Positions 8,629 through 16,916 of a stretch of DNA of 31,784 bases are shown here, one piece after another (position 1 is the first letter of the stretch; every line of letters begins with the position of its first letter). The stretch is from a virus. The notes below the pieces were generated by a model that ran no database searches, was not told the DNA's origin, and saw only the letters and a program-made list of their open reading frames with translations. The translations under genes and the position numbers were made by a program. The stretch lies in UHGV virus genome UHGV-0321443; one strand, given 5' to 3'.

Positions 8629-9049
8629 ACTAAGAAGCCCCATCCATCAGCAGAACGCCATTCAAGCTATCCAGCAAATCCTTCCAGACCCAACCAAACC
8701 AATCGTAGTAAGCATTCAGGAACGCAACCGCAGCTTAGACCAGAATCGAAAGCTTTGGGCTTGCCTTGGTGACGTCTCTCGTCAGGTTGAATGGCATGGG
8801 CGCTGGCTGGATGCAGAAAGCTGGAAGTGTGTGTTTACCGCAGCATTAAAGCAGCAGGACGTTGTTCCTAACCTTGCCGGGAATGGCTTTGTGGTAATAG
8901 GCCAGTCAACCAGCAGGATGCGTGTAAGCGAATTTGCGGAGCTATTAGAGCTTATACAGGCATTCGGTACAGAGCGTGGCGTTAAGTGGTCAGACGAAGC
9001 GCGACTGGCTCTCGAATGGAAAGCGCGATGGGGAGACAGGGCGGCATGA
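8609..9049 (+). CDS. ninB: NinB-like recombination protein
   Basis: Translation [57 protein letters not shown]... matches lambda NinB from memory. Confidence 0.8.
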   Translation: MRKLTFELRSPIHQQNAIQAIQQILPDPTKPIVVSIQERNRSLDQNRKLWACLGDVSRQVEWHGRWLDAESWKCVFTAALKQQDVVPNLAGNGFVVIGQSTSRMRVSEFAELLELIQAFGTERGVKWSDEARLALEWKARWGDRAA

Positions 9050-9240
9050 GGCGACAGCGACGAAGTTTCACCGACATCATCTGCGAAAACTGCAAATACC
9101 TTCCAACGAAACGCTCCAGAAATAAACGCAAGCCAATCCCCAAAGAATCTGACGTAAAAACCTTCAATTACACGGCTCACCTGTGGGATATCCGGTGGCT
9201 AAGACATCGTGCGAGGAATACAAGGGGATTGACGCGATGA
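9046..9240 (+). CDS. ninE: NinE-like protein
   Basis: [52 protein letters not shown] matches lambda NinE from memory; ATGA overlap with the ninB stop. Confidence 0.75.
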   Translation: MRRQRRSFTDIICENCKYLPTKRSRNKRKPIPKESDVKTFNYTAHLWDIRWLRHRARNTRGLTR

Positions 9241-9319
9241 TTTATCCGGGGCTATATTCCTCACACGCCAGCAAAATCTGGCGTCGGGATTGGCGTCCCG
9301 GATAGAAACCGCGACAGAG

Positions 9320-9342
9320 ACACGCCGCGAGCGTGTTTTTTA
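9320..9342 (+). terminator. Rho-independent terminator in the nin region
   Basis: acacgc-cgcga-gcgtgt hairpin followed by tttttt. Confidence 0.55.
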
Positions 9343-9502
9343 TTGTCGTATGCACGCGCACATCTGAATTATGGTGGGCTGTGTGGGGGCGGAGAGATCC
9401 GCGCCGGTCGGTTTCCCGGTTACGCCAACCCTGCACAGTTCACCGCCAGACGATTGGCGTCGTCGGTGGTGAGTCATTTAGAAACCACCGGAGAGCGTCA
9501 CC

Positions 9503-10180
9503 ATGACAACTCAAATTTCTGTCGAAACTCTTTCCCCGATCACCCACAACCAGATCCCCGTTATTACAACTGAACTTCTTGCGCAGTTATACGGAACAAA
9601 AATCAAAAACATTTCGGATAACTTTCTTAACAACACGACGCGATTCGTGGTAGGGAAGCATTACTTTAAAATTGAAAGGAACGAATTACGCGAGTTTAAG
9701 AACAGACCCGAAACAATCGGGTTAGTTGGTAAAAATGCCCGCTCCCTCATCCTCTGGACAGAACGCGGAGCAGCCCGTCACGCCAAAATGCTCGAAACCG
9801 ATCAGGCGTGGGAAGTGTTCGAAAAACTGGAAGACTGCTATTTCAGCCAGTGCGAGAAAAATACTGGCAAACAAGAGAAGAAGCCCAACGGGCTTTCCGC
9901 AAAAGAAACAGACAGCCTTGTTTGGCTGTGGGATTATGCCAACCGCTCACAGGCATTGTTCCGTGAGTTGTATCCCGCATTAAAACTGATTCAGTCTGGC
10001 TATTCCGGCATATGCCACGACTACGGCTATGAGTTCTCGTATATCATCGGGAGGGCGAGGGGCGTTTTAATTAATCACACGCGGGATATAGATATTTATG
10101 AGCCTGACGGGCCGACGAACCTTCTGGCATGGGAAAGGCTTAAGAACAAAGAGTTGCCGCCTTCACTGCATCGCTACTGA
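9503..10180 (+). CDS. Antirepressor-like protein (ORF6N/Bro-N-type N-domain fused to a P22 Ant-type C-terminal domain)
   Basis: C-terminal roughly 100 aa are near-identical to the C-terminus of the Ant-like protein at 30744..31664; N-terminal domain resembles ORF6N-type antirepressor domains. Confidence 0.55.
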   Translation: MTTQISVETLSPITHNQIPVITTELLAQLYGTKIKNISDNFLNNTTRFVVGKHYFKIERNELREFKNRPETIGLVGKNARSLILWTERGAARHAKMLETDQAWEVFEKLEDCYFSQCEKNTGKQEKKPNGLSAKETDSLVWLWDYANRSQALFRELYPALKLIQSGYSGICHDYGYEFSYIIGRARGVLINHTRDIDIYEPDGPTNLLAWERLKNKELPPSLHRY

Positions 10181-10222
10181 CAATTGACAACTTAACAAAC
10201 CCAGCTTCGGCTGGGTTTTTTA
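9868..10222 (+). repeat. Direct repeat copy A (antirepressor 3' coding region plus terminator)
   Basis: Aligned by eye with 31352..31705: about 170 bp near-identical, the rest roughly 80% identical; equal length and same orientation. Confidence 0.8.
10200..10222 (+). terminator. Rho-independent terminator
   Basis: cccagc-ttcg-gctggg hairpin followed by tttttt. Confidence 0.7.
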
Positions 10223-10254
10223 TTGCTGAATTTTCAATATGAGAGGACATGACA

Positions 10255-10977
10255 ATGAATGAGCTGATAAATAGCAGCATCATCAAAATGACAAGCATTG
10301 AAATCGCTGAGTTGGTGGGAAGCCAACACGGTAATGTCAGAATATCAATAGAACGTCTGGCAAAGCGTGGGGTGATTCAACTTCCTCCAATGCAAAAAGT
10401 TGAAAATAAACAAACAATTAGCCCTAACAAATTCACAAGCGTGTATATATTCGAAGGCGAACAAGGTAAGCGAGACAGCATTATTGTCGTCGCTCAGTTG
10501 TCGCCGGAATTCACCGCTCGTCTTGTTGACCGTTGGCGAGAACTCGAAGGGGCAACCGCGAAAATACCACAAACCTTTTCTGAGGCATTGCGCCTTGCGG
10601 CCGACCTTGAAGACCAGAAGGCTGAACTGGAGAAACAGCTTGCTCTCGCAGCACCTAAAGTTGAGTTTGCCGATCGCGTTGGCGAGGCCAGCGGAATTTT
10701 GATTGGAAACTTTGCAAAGGTTGTTGGAATTGGTCCAAACAAACTGTTTGCGTGGATGCGCGATCACAAAATCCTTATTGCTTCAGGTTCCCGGCGCAAT
10801 GTGCCAATGCAGGAATATATGGATCGCGGCTATTTCACAGTGAAAGAAACAGCGGTCAACACAAATCACGGAATACAGATATCGTTCACCACAAAAATCA
10901 CCGGGCGTGGTCAACAGTGGCTGACCAGAAAGCTGCTCGATAACGGAATGCTGAAAGTAACAGGGGAGGCTGCTTAA
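10255..10977 (+). CDS. Rha-family regulatory protein / antirepressor (Rha N-domain with KilAC-type C-domain)
   Basis: N-terminus IKMTSIEIAELVGSQHGNVRISIERL resembles Rha; C-terminal region resembles antirepressor C-domains. ATG at 10255 has better SD spacing (GAGAGGA) than 10249. Confidence 0.55.
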   Translation: MNELINSSIIKMTSIEIAELVGSQHGNVRISIERLAKRGVIQLPPMQKVENKQTISPNKFTSVYIFEGEQGKRDSIIVVAQLSPEFTARLVDRWRELEGATAKIPQTFSEALRLAADLEDQKAELEKQLALAAPKVEFADRVGEASGILIGNFAKVVGIGPNKLFAWMRDHKILIASGSRRNVPMQEYMDRGYFTVKETAVNTNHGIQISFTTKITGRGQQWLTRKLLDNGMLKVTGEAA

Positions 10978-11267
10978 TGGCTAACCTACGCAAAGAAGCG
11001 CGCGGCAGAGAATGTCAGGTACGTATTTACGGCGTATGCAATGGCAATCCTGAAACTACAGTTCTGGCACATTACCGGATGGCTGGAATTTGCGGAACGG
11101 GAATGAAACCTGACGACCTGATCGGCGCATGGGCTTGTAGTGACTGCCACGCGGAGATCGACCGACGCACAAGGATTCTCGACAACAAAGACGCCAGACT
11201 TTACCACCTCGAAGGCGTGATCAGGACGCAGGCGATACTGCTGAAGGAGGGGAAGATTAAGTCATGA
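10977..11267 (+). CDS. DUF1364-like (YbcO-like) zinc-binding protein
   Basis: 96 aa with Cys/His-rich motifs (C..C....H....C..C..CH); sits immediately upstream of rusA as YbcO does in DLP12-type prophages. Confidence 0.5.
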   Translation: MANLRKEARGRECQVRIYGVCNGNPETTVLAHYRMAGICGTGMKPDDLIGAWACSDCHAEIDRRTRILDNKDARLYHLEGVIRTQAILLKEGKIKS

Positions 11268-11626
11268 ACGAATATCAGTTTGTGCTTCCATACCCGCCGT
11301 CGGTGAACACCTACTGGCGAAGACGGGGAAGCCAATACTACATCAGCGATAAAGGCCAGAAATACCGAAAAGACGTTCAGCAAATAATCCGCCAACTCAA
11401 GTTAGACATTTTCACCAAATCAAGACTCCGCATCAAAGTCATCGCAGACGTTCCAGACTCCCGCCGCCGCGACCTCGACAACATCCTGAAAGGTTTCCTC
11501 GACTCCCTTATCCACGCCGGATTTGCGGAAGACGACGAGCAATTCGATGACATTCGCGTAATTCGTGGTGTGAAAGTACCAGGCGGACGGCTTGGAATAA
11601 AAATCACCGAACTGGAGAACGTATGA
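11264..11626 (+). CDS. rusA: RusA-family Holliday junction resolvase
   Basis: 120 aa; YPPSVNTYWR...RRRDLDNILKGFLDSL...GGRLGIKITE matches the RusA pattern. Confidence 0.85.
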   Translation: MNEYQFVLPYPPSVNTYWRRRGSQYYISDKGQKYRKDVQQIIRQLKLDIFTKSRLRIKVIADVPDSRRRDLDNILKGFLDSLIHAGFAEDDEQFDDIRVIRGVKVPGGRLGIKITELENV

Positions 11627-11766
11627 ACAAAGCATTCGAACGATATATGCGCCAGCGTTATGGCAATCGCTATGACCTGACGCGAGATGTTGAAGGTTTC
11701 TACTGTAGTGAAATTGTGAAACGAATGTTTGAAGTTTGGTGTCATTGCAAAGGATGGGAGGTCTGA
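11623..11766 (+). CDS. Hypothetical small protein (47 aa) between rusA and the Q-like gene
   Basis: ATGA overlap with the rusA stop and TGATG overlap with the next gene; hand-translated MNKAFERYMRQRYGNRYDL... Position analogous to small genes upstream of Q in DLP12-like prophages. Confidence 0.3.
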   Translation: MNKAFERYMRQRYGNRYDLTRDVEGFYCSEIVKRMFEVWCHCKGWEV

Positions 11767-12380
11767 TGCGGCTAACTCCAGTATTCAGCATGGTTAACTT
11801 CATTAATGACGCGCACTTTCGCCGCGTATGGAGACACCCGAAGAAAACCATCAACTCTAGCCAGAAAGCATGGGTTCATTACATGTTACAGGTATGGGGC
11901 AAGGTTAATACCGGAGATTGCTCTCCAGGTGGTGCAATTAACGTTATCGGTCGTCTGATGATTCGCAGTCAGTGGAGCGATGACAAGGCTAAGCAGATAG
12001 AGTCTGTCGTCATGCGCCTGTACGAAGAAGATGGGCTGCGCGGAGATGAGCTATACAAGAAAGCTCGCGAACTGGTCATTCCTCAATCATCGTTTAGCCA
12101 CATCATCACTCTCGCCAAAGAATCAGATGATGCGGCTTTCGTTGAACGTGTGATGGTTAAAACGTTTCACCGTGAAAGCCCTGTCCGCGATGTAGCTATT
12201 AAGCGATATTGCAATCGCAATTGCACGCAAGATATAGCCAGGATTATTTCTTATATAACAGGTGCTGATATTCAGTATTGTCGTAAGCGAGTGGTGTGGT
12301 GTGAGAAAGTGCTGGAGTCAGAAATGTTTTATGCAATGAAACGAGAATTGGAGAAAGAATTTCCATTAATAGCGGCCTGA
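11766..12380 (+). CDS. Putative late-gene antiterminator (Q-like), assigned by position
   Basis: Last gene before the late intergenic region and lysis cassette; SD GGAGG; Cys-rich C-terminal region. Family not confidently recognised. Confidence 0.45.
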   Translation: MRLTPVFSMVNFINDAHFRRVWRHPKKTINSSQKAWVHYMLQVWGKVNTGDCSPGGAINVIGRLMIRSQWSDDKAKQIESVVMRLYEEDGLRGDELYKKARELVIPQSSFSHIITLAKESDDAAFVERVMVKTFHRESPVRDVAIKRYCNRNCTQDIARIISYITGADIQYCRKRVVWCEKVLESEMFYAMKRELEKEFPLIAA

Positions 12381-12538
12381 ACTGAAATAATTTTGTAAAT
12401 GCGTTGCTTCCGAGAAATGAAAGTGGTATTTTTTGTATATGCTCGGAGCAAAAGCGAACTGAGCAGCGAAATTGAAATCCTGATTTCCCCGGTTGCCGAT
12501 AATATTTAGGGTCGACATACTGGCTAGATTAGGTAAGA

Positions 12539-12566
12539 GCCTCGGCATAAACGTCGGGGCTTTTTT
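12539..12566 (+). terminator. Candidate tR'-like terminator of a short late leader transcript
   Basis: gcctcggc-ataaac-gtcggggc hairpin (two G-U pairs) followed by tttttt, about 160 bp downstream of the Q-like stop. Confidence 0.4.
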
Positions 12567-12857
12567 GTTTGCACAACAGGTAAGTGCATTTGTAGAGTTC
12601 GACTCTCTACCGTGGGCTTTTTCCCGCGATGCGAGCCATAAGTGCTCTTTCCGTTGTGCTGAATTAAGCGAATGCCGGAAGCAGAACCGGATCACCAAAT
12701 GCGTGCAGGCGTCATCGCCGCCCAGCAACAGCACAACCCAAACTGAGCCGTAGCCACTGGCTATCCTGAATTCATCAGTGATAGTTACGCTGCGGCCTTC
12801 TTTTTTCCCCTTCCCAATATAAGAACTACGCAATCCGTTACTGGCGGAGGCGTTGCT

Positions 12858-13073
12858 ATGAAATCAATGGACAAAATCTCAACTGGCATTGCCTACGGAA
12901 CATCCGCTGGTAGTGCGGGATACTGGTTTTTGCAGTGGTTGGATCAGGTCAGTCCATCACAGTGGGCTGCGATTGGTGTACTGGGGAGTCTGGTTCTGGG
13001 CTTCCTGACATATCTGACTAACCTGTATTTCAAAATCAGAGAGGACCGTCGTAAGGCTGCACGGGGAGAGTAA
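12858..13073 (+). CDS. S: Pinholin, phage 21 S21 type (class II holin with dual-start motif)
   Basis: 71 aa; [32 protein letters not shown]... matches phage 21 S21 as I recall it; Met1/Met4 dual starts at 12858 and 12867; SD GGAGG. Confidence 0.9.
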   Translation: MKSMDKISTGIAYGTSAGSAGYWFLQWLDQVSPSQWAAIGVLGSLVLGFLTYLTNLYFKIREDRRKAARGE

Positions 13074-13077
13074 TTCA

Positions 13078-13428
13078 ATGACTCAAAACTATGAACTGAT
13101 TGTGAAAGGGATCCGCAATTTTGAGAATAAAGTTACGGTAACTTTAGCGTTACGGGACAAAAAACGCTTTGACGGTGAAATTTTTGACCTGGACATCTCG
13201 CTGGACCGTGTTGAAGGTGCCGCGCTGGGGTTTTATGAGGCAGCAGCCAGAAGGAGCATCAGACAGGTCTTCCTGGATGTTGCTGCCGGGTTATGTGAAG
13301 GGGATGAGCAGTCGCCGGAAAAGCGCCCCGTAATTTTAGAGGCGCAGAATGTGTGGATAACCTACAAAGTAAAGCTACCAGGAAGAATTACTGGTTCTCT
13401 GAAGACTCCTCCGGAATCACAACCTTAA
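13078..13428 (+). CDS. Hypothetical protein (116 aa) lying between holin and endolysin
   Basis: Six-frame ORF starting 5 nt after the holin stop; no recognisable motif; possibly related to DUF1327-type genes seen at this position in some E. coli prophages. Confidence 0.45.
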   Translation: MTQNYELIVKGIRNFENKVTVTLALRDKKRFDGEIFDLDISLDRVEGAALGFYEAAARRSIRQVFLDVAAGLCEGDEQSPEKRPVILEAQNVWITYKVKLPGRITGSLKTPPESQP

Positions 13429-13491
13429 GTCACTGACCGGAACAGATAAACCTGTCCGTGGGCAGAAACCGATAAATCCTGATAAATATCC

Positions 13492-14025
13492 ATGAACGCA
13501 AAAATCAGATACGGCCTGTCGGCTGCCGTTCTGGCACTGATTGCCGTCGGTGCGCCCGCGCCTGATATTCTCGACCAGTTTCTGGATGAAAAAGAAGGTA
13601 ACCACACAACGGCATACCGCGATGGTTCCGGCATCTGGACCATCTGTCGGGGTGCCACGATGGTGGATGGAAAACCCGTTTTTCCCGGTATGAAACTGTC
13701 GAAGGAAAAATGCGACCAGGTCAACGCCATTGAGCGTGATAAGGCGCTGGCATGGGTGGAGCGCAATATTAAAGTACCACTGACCGAACCACAAAAAGCG
13801 GGTATCGCGTCATTTTGTCCCTATAACATTGGCCCCGGTAAGTGTTTTCCATCGACGTTTTATAAGCGGCTGAATGCCGGTGATCGTAAGGGGGCATGCG
13901 AAGCGATTCGCTGGTGGATTAAGGATGGTGGGCGCGATTGCCGCATACGTTCAAATAACTGCTATGGGCAAGTTATTCGTCGTGACCAGGAAAACGCATT
14001 AGCCTGTTGGGGGATAGAGCAGTGA
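13492..14025 (+). CDS. R: SAR endolysin (T4-lysozyme-like muramidase with N-terminal signal-anchor-release domain)
   Basis: N-terminal hydrophobic, Gly/Ala-rich segment ([17 protein letters not shown]) followed by a lysozyme-like domain; position between holin and Rz. Confidence 0.8.
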   Translation: MNAKIRYGLSAAVLALIAVGAPAPDILDQFLDEKEGNHTTAYRDGSGIWTICRGATMVDGKPVFPGMKLSKEKCDQVNAIERDKALAWVERNIKVPLTEPQKAGIASFCPYNIGPGKCFPSTFYKRLNAGDRKGACEAIRWWIKDGGRDCRIRSNNCYGQVIRRDQENALACWGIEQ

Positions 14026-14459
14026 GCAGAGTCGCCGCGATTATTTATGCTCTGGTTATCTGCACCATCGTCTGCCTGTCATGGGCTGTTAATCATTACC
14101 GTGATAACGCCATCGCCTACAAAGACCAGCGCGATAAAGCCACATCTATCATCTCTGATATGCAGAAGCGTCAACGTGATGTAGCTGAACTCGACGCCAG
14201 ATACACAAAGGAGCTTGCTGATGCTAACGCGACTATCGAAAGTCTCCGTGCTGATGTTTCTGCTGGGCGTAAGCGCCTGCAAGTCGCCGCCACCTGTGCA
14301 AAGTCAACGACCGGAGCCAGCGGCATGGGCAATGGAGAAAGCCCAAGACTTACAGCAGATGCTGAACTCAATTATTACCGTCTCCGAAGTGGAATCGACA
14401 GGATAACCGCGCAGGTTAACTACCTGCAGGAATACATCAGGACGCAATGCCTGAAATAA
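14022..14459 (+). CDS. Rz: Rz i-spanin
   Basis: [38 protein letters not shown]... closely resembles lambda Rz; GTG start overlaps the endolysin stop (GTGA). Confidence 0.85.
   Translation: MSRVAAIIYALVICTIVCLSWAVNHYRDNAIAYKDQRDKATSIISDMQKRQRDVAELDARYTKELADANATIESLRADVSAGRKRLQVAATCAKSTTGASGMGNGESPRLTADAELNYYRLRSGIDRITAQVNYLQEYIRTQCLK
14215..14406 (+). CDS. Rz1: Rz1 o-spanin (lipoprotein), embedded in the +1 frame of Rz
   Basis: Signal peptide with lipobox (LLGVSAC) followed by a Pro-rich segment ([13 protein letters not shown]); wholly inside Rz as in lambda. Confidence 0.7.
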   Translation: MLMLTRLSKVSVLMFLLGVSACKSPPPVQSQRPEPAAWAMEKAQDLQQMLNSIITVSEVESTG

Positions 14460-14491
14460 TTTTTTTGCAAATCACACAGTCCATTTAATGA

Positions 14492-14513
14492 GCCTCGCGA
14501 TGCGGGGCTTTTT
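14492..14513 (+). terminator. Rho-independent terminator after the lysis cassette
   Basis: gcctcgc-gat-gcggggc hairpin followed by ttttt. Confidence 0.55.
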
Positions 14514-14520
14514 GCAATAA

Positions 14521-14545
14521 ATGCGTACCGCAACGCATGTTTTTT
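14521..14545 (+). terminator. Second tandem rho-independent terminator
   Basis: atgcgt-accgca-acgcat hairpin followed by gtttttt. Confidence 0.55.
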
Positions 14546-14660
14546 ACACCGAACCTGCCCCTTTGGAATGGGCCTTTGAGGATACCAGTTAGTGCTGGCG
14601 AGCCTCGGTGGGCTGGTTTCCTGTGCGGCAAAGGTTCATTTCAAAGAGTAGGTACACGCT

Positions 14661-15158
14661 ATGAAATCATTAACCCTCTTCAATCAACCAATTCGTATCG
14701 GTGAAGATGGCATGATCTGCCTCACTGATATGTGGAAAGCCAGTGGTAAAAGTGAATCTGAATCGCCTTACCACTACCTGCGAAACAAGCAGACCAAAGA
14801 GTTCTTAGCCGAGCTGGAGAAAAACCACGAATCTGTGGTTTTTACTGAGCGCGGTGTACACGGTGGAACATATGGCGGGAAGTTTGTTGCTTATGATTAT
14901 GCAGCATGGCTAAACCCCGGATTTAAATATGCAGCCTATAAAGTCCTGGATGACTACTTCACCGGAGAACTTCAGCATCGCAACAGCTTAAGTGCGCAGC
15001 TCAATATGAAGTGTCATGAGTTTGATCAGAAAAAAGATATGGCGAGCTTCTGTGGACAAGGGCTGGCGGCATGGCGCTATACGAAGCCAGTGTTGGTCGC
15101 TGAGATTAACTCCCTGGCTAACCAGCTGCAGATAACGATCCCCGGGCTTCCGGGATGA
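14661..15158 (+). CDS. KilA-N domain protein
   Basis: N-terminal region resembles KilA-N DNA-binding domains; lies between the lysis-cassette terminators and cos, so probably a moron with its own promoter. Confidence 0.5.
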   Translation: MKSLTLFNQPIRIGEDGMICLTDMWKASGKSESESPYHYLRNKQTKEFLAELEKNHESVVFTERGVHGGTYGGKFVAYDYAAWLNPGFKYAAYKVLDDYFTGELQHRNSLSAQLNMKCHEFDQKKDMASFCGQGLAAWRYTKPVLVAEINSLANQLQITIPGLPG

Positions 15159-15412
15159 GTGATCGTGTCATTGAATGCGCTTCCAGAGCGGGGCGCGACT
15201 TCTCAGAGTTCATGAAAGGCGAGAAGGGCATGATGGAAGCATTGGCCTCGGTGGATGAGTTTGGCGAGCAGCTGCGCCTCAACGGCTGTGTCAATCATCA
15301 CTTTGTTAGCTACATGATGCGGAACTCGATCATGCAGGCATTCATGGACATGGCAAAAGCCGAGAGGAAAGAAGAGCGCCGGCGTAAGCGAGCGGAAGCA
15401 AAAGCGAAATAG
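15155..15412 (+). CDS. Hypothetical protein (85 aa), translationally coupled to the KilA-N gene
   Basis: ATGA overlap with the upstream stop; highly charged C-terminus (RKEERRRKRAEAKAK). Confidence 0.4.
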   Translation: MSDRVIECASRAGRDFSEFMKGEKGMMEALASVDEFGEQLRLNGCVNHHFVSYMMRNSIMQAFMDMAKAERKEERRRKRAEAKAK

Positions 15413-16235
15413 CCATTACAAAGCCCATCTACGGGTGGGTTTGATAATGGCTTATACCCTGCACGGGATAACTTAACTGATATCCCTTTTAACGGATAAA
15501 CGGAGCCAACAATGGCAGAGAATGTCGGCATTATGGCAGTGAAATTTGGATAAATCGGGGATTAGAAAGATAGAGGCGAGCCGGTCAGGTAGAAATGAAT
15601 CAGGCTCAAAGTGAAGCGGAAAAGGTCTGTGGCACAAACTGATGCTGCCATAATTACAGCCTGATGACTTGTGGAATGAAACATGTTGAACCTCCTTAAT
15701 TGATGTGATTCGAGTGAGGAAGGCATTCTGTCCTTCTATAGTGTCCAGTAAATCAAACAGGAAGCTTGTCTCACGTGTGAGACAAGCCTCTCCATTAGCG
15801 AGTTGTATTGATTACAACTCTTCAAAGAGTTCATTACTGGGTAGATGAAAATAGTTTCACGACGAATGGAGGAGACTATGTCGGTGGCTTCTTCATTGGA
15901 GTACATATGCTCCCTCGAACCTCAAAAGCATGCCGAGTTCGCGGCTGCCGCCATACCACCACAGATCCGTCAGGCTATTGCAAAAGCCACAAAAGCGAAG
16001 GCTGGAAGCAATACAAGCCGGGCCAGTCCTGTCATCAGCGCGGTTATGGTTCGCGAGGTTGTCCCTCATGCTCGCCAGTCCTGTGCGGGGGTGGAAGAAA
16101 CAGGACACTCACACAGATTCTTGTGGGTCGATGCTATTCCTTTCTGGATTATCCCGATGCCATTCATGCAAGGGCTGTATAAGACGTTCGTCATGGCTGT
16201 CAGGCTGACGGGTCCTCCCGGTGGGGTGGCCTGCC

Positions 16236-16255
16236 ACGGGGCGGGAGCGTCGCGG
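16236..16255. promoter_or_regulatory. Candidate cosN-like cohesive-end site, with cosB-like repeats extending to about 16420
   Basis: acggggcgggagcgtcgcgg resembles the lambda cosN context (acggggcggcgacctcgcgg, from memory), differing in the central 6 nt; downstream tttttgcat and gttcg(a/c)ac repeats precede the Nu1-like gene. Confidence 0.4.
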
Positions 16256-16424
16256 AAAAAGGCTAGTTTTTGCATTTTTATCGGCCACCATCATCTTTGC
16301 ATCTTATTGATTATTAATGGTTATTTGTTTTTTGCATGTCGAATTGAGTGTTTTTTGTTCGACATCGAACGCGTTTTCTTAAAGTTGTTCGCACGATGCA
16401 TGTTTAAAGCTCTCCGGAGGAAAT

Positions 16425-16916
16425 ATGGATCATGAGTTGAAAAACCTGGTGCTGAATATTAATCAACTGGCGGCTTTATCTGGTCTGCACCGCCAGACTG
16501 TCGTGGCAAGACTGAAAAACATTCGTCCCGCTGGTGGACATGACAAACTCAAGCTATACCGGTTGACCGATATTCTGACTGAATTTATGGGGTTACCACC
16601 GCCGGTTGCTGAGGGCGAAATGGATCCACATGAACGCAAAGCCTGGTATCAGTCTGAACGTGAGCGTCTTAAGTTCGAACAGGAAACGGCACAACTCATT
16701 CCGGCCAGTGATGTCAGACGGGAGTTTGCCATCTGGGCAAAAGCGGTCGTGCAGGTGCTGGAGACATTACCGGATATTCTGGAACGTGACTGCGGTCTGC
16801 AGCCTGCCGCTGTGAGCCGTGTTCAGTCCATTATTGATGATCTGCGCGATCAGATAGCCCTGCGGGTGACCGAAGCAGGTGCGGATGATGAGGAGGAATT
16901 ACAGCAGGAGGAGTAA
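16425..16916 (+). CDS. Terminase small subunit (Nu1-like)
   Basis: N-terminal helix-turn-helix (NINQLAALSGLHRQTVVARLKN) analogous to Nu1; SD GGAGGA; directly upstream of the large subunit with TAATG overlap. Confidence 0.7.
   Translation: MDHELKNLVLNINQLAALSGLHRQTVVARLKNIRPAGGHDKLKLYRLTDILTEFMGLPPPVAEGEMDPHERKAWYQSERERLKFEQETAQLIPASDVRREFAIWAKAVVQVLETLPDILERDCGLQPAAVSRVQSIIDDLRDQIALRVTEAGADDEEELQQEE

Noticed and set aside
12593-12617. tRNA-like T-arm (tagag-TTCGACT-ctcta) followed by a possible acceptor strand
   Set aside because: No complementary 5' acceptor strand (cccacgg) at the expected distance upstream, so it does not fold into a cloverleaf by eye.
15808-16435. Three overlapping plus-strand ORFs (124, 196 and 92 aa) upstream of the terminase small subunit
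   Set aside because: They overlap one another in different frames and run across the cos-like site and cosB repeats; GC-rich sequence yields long random ORFs. Kept only as a possible HNH remnant in the findings.
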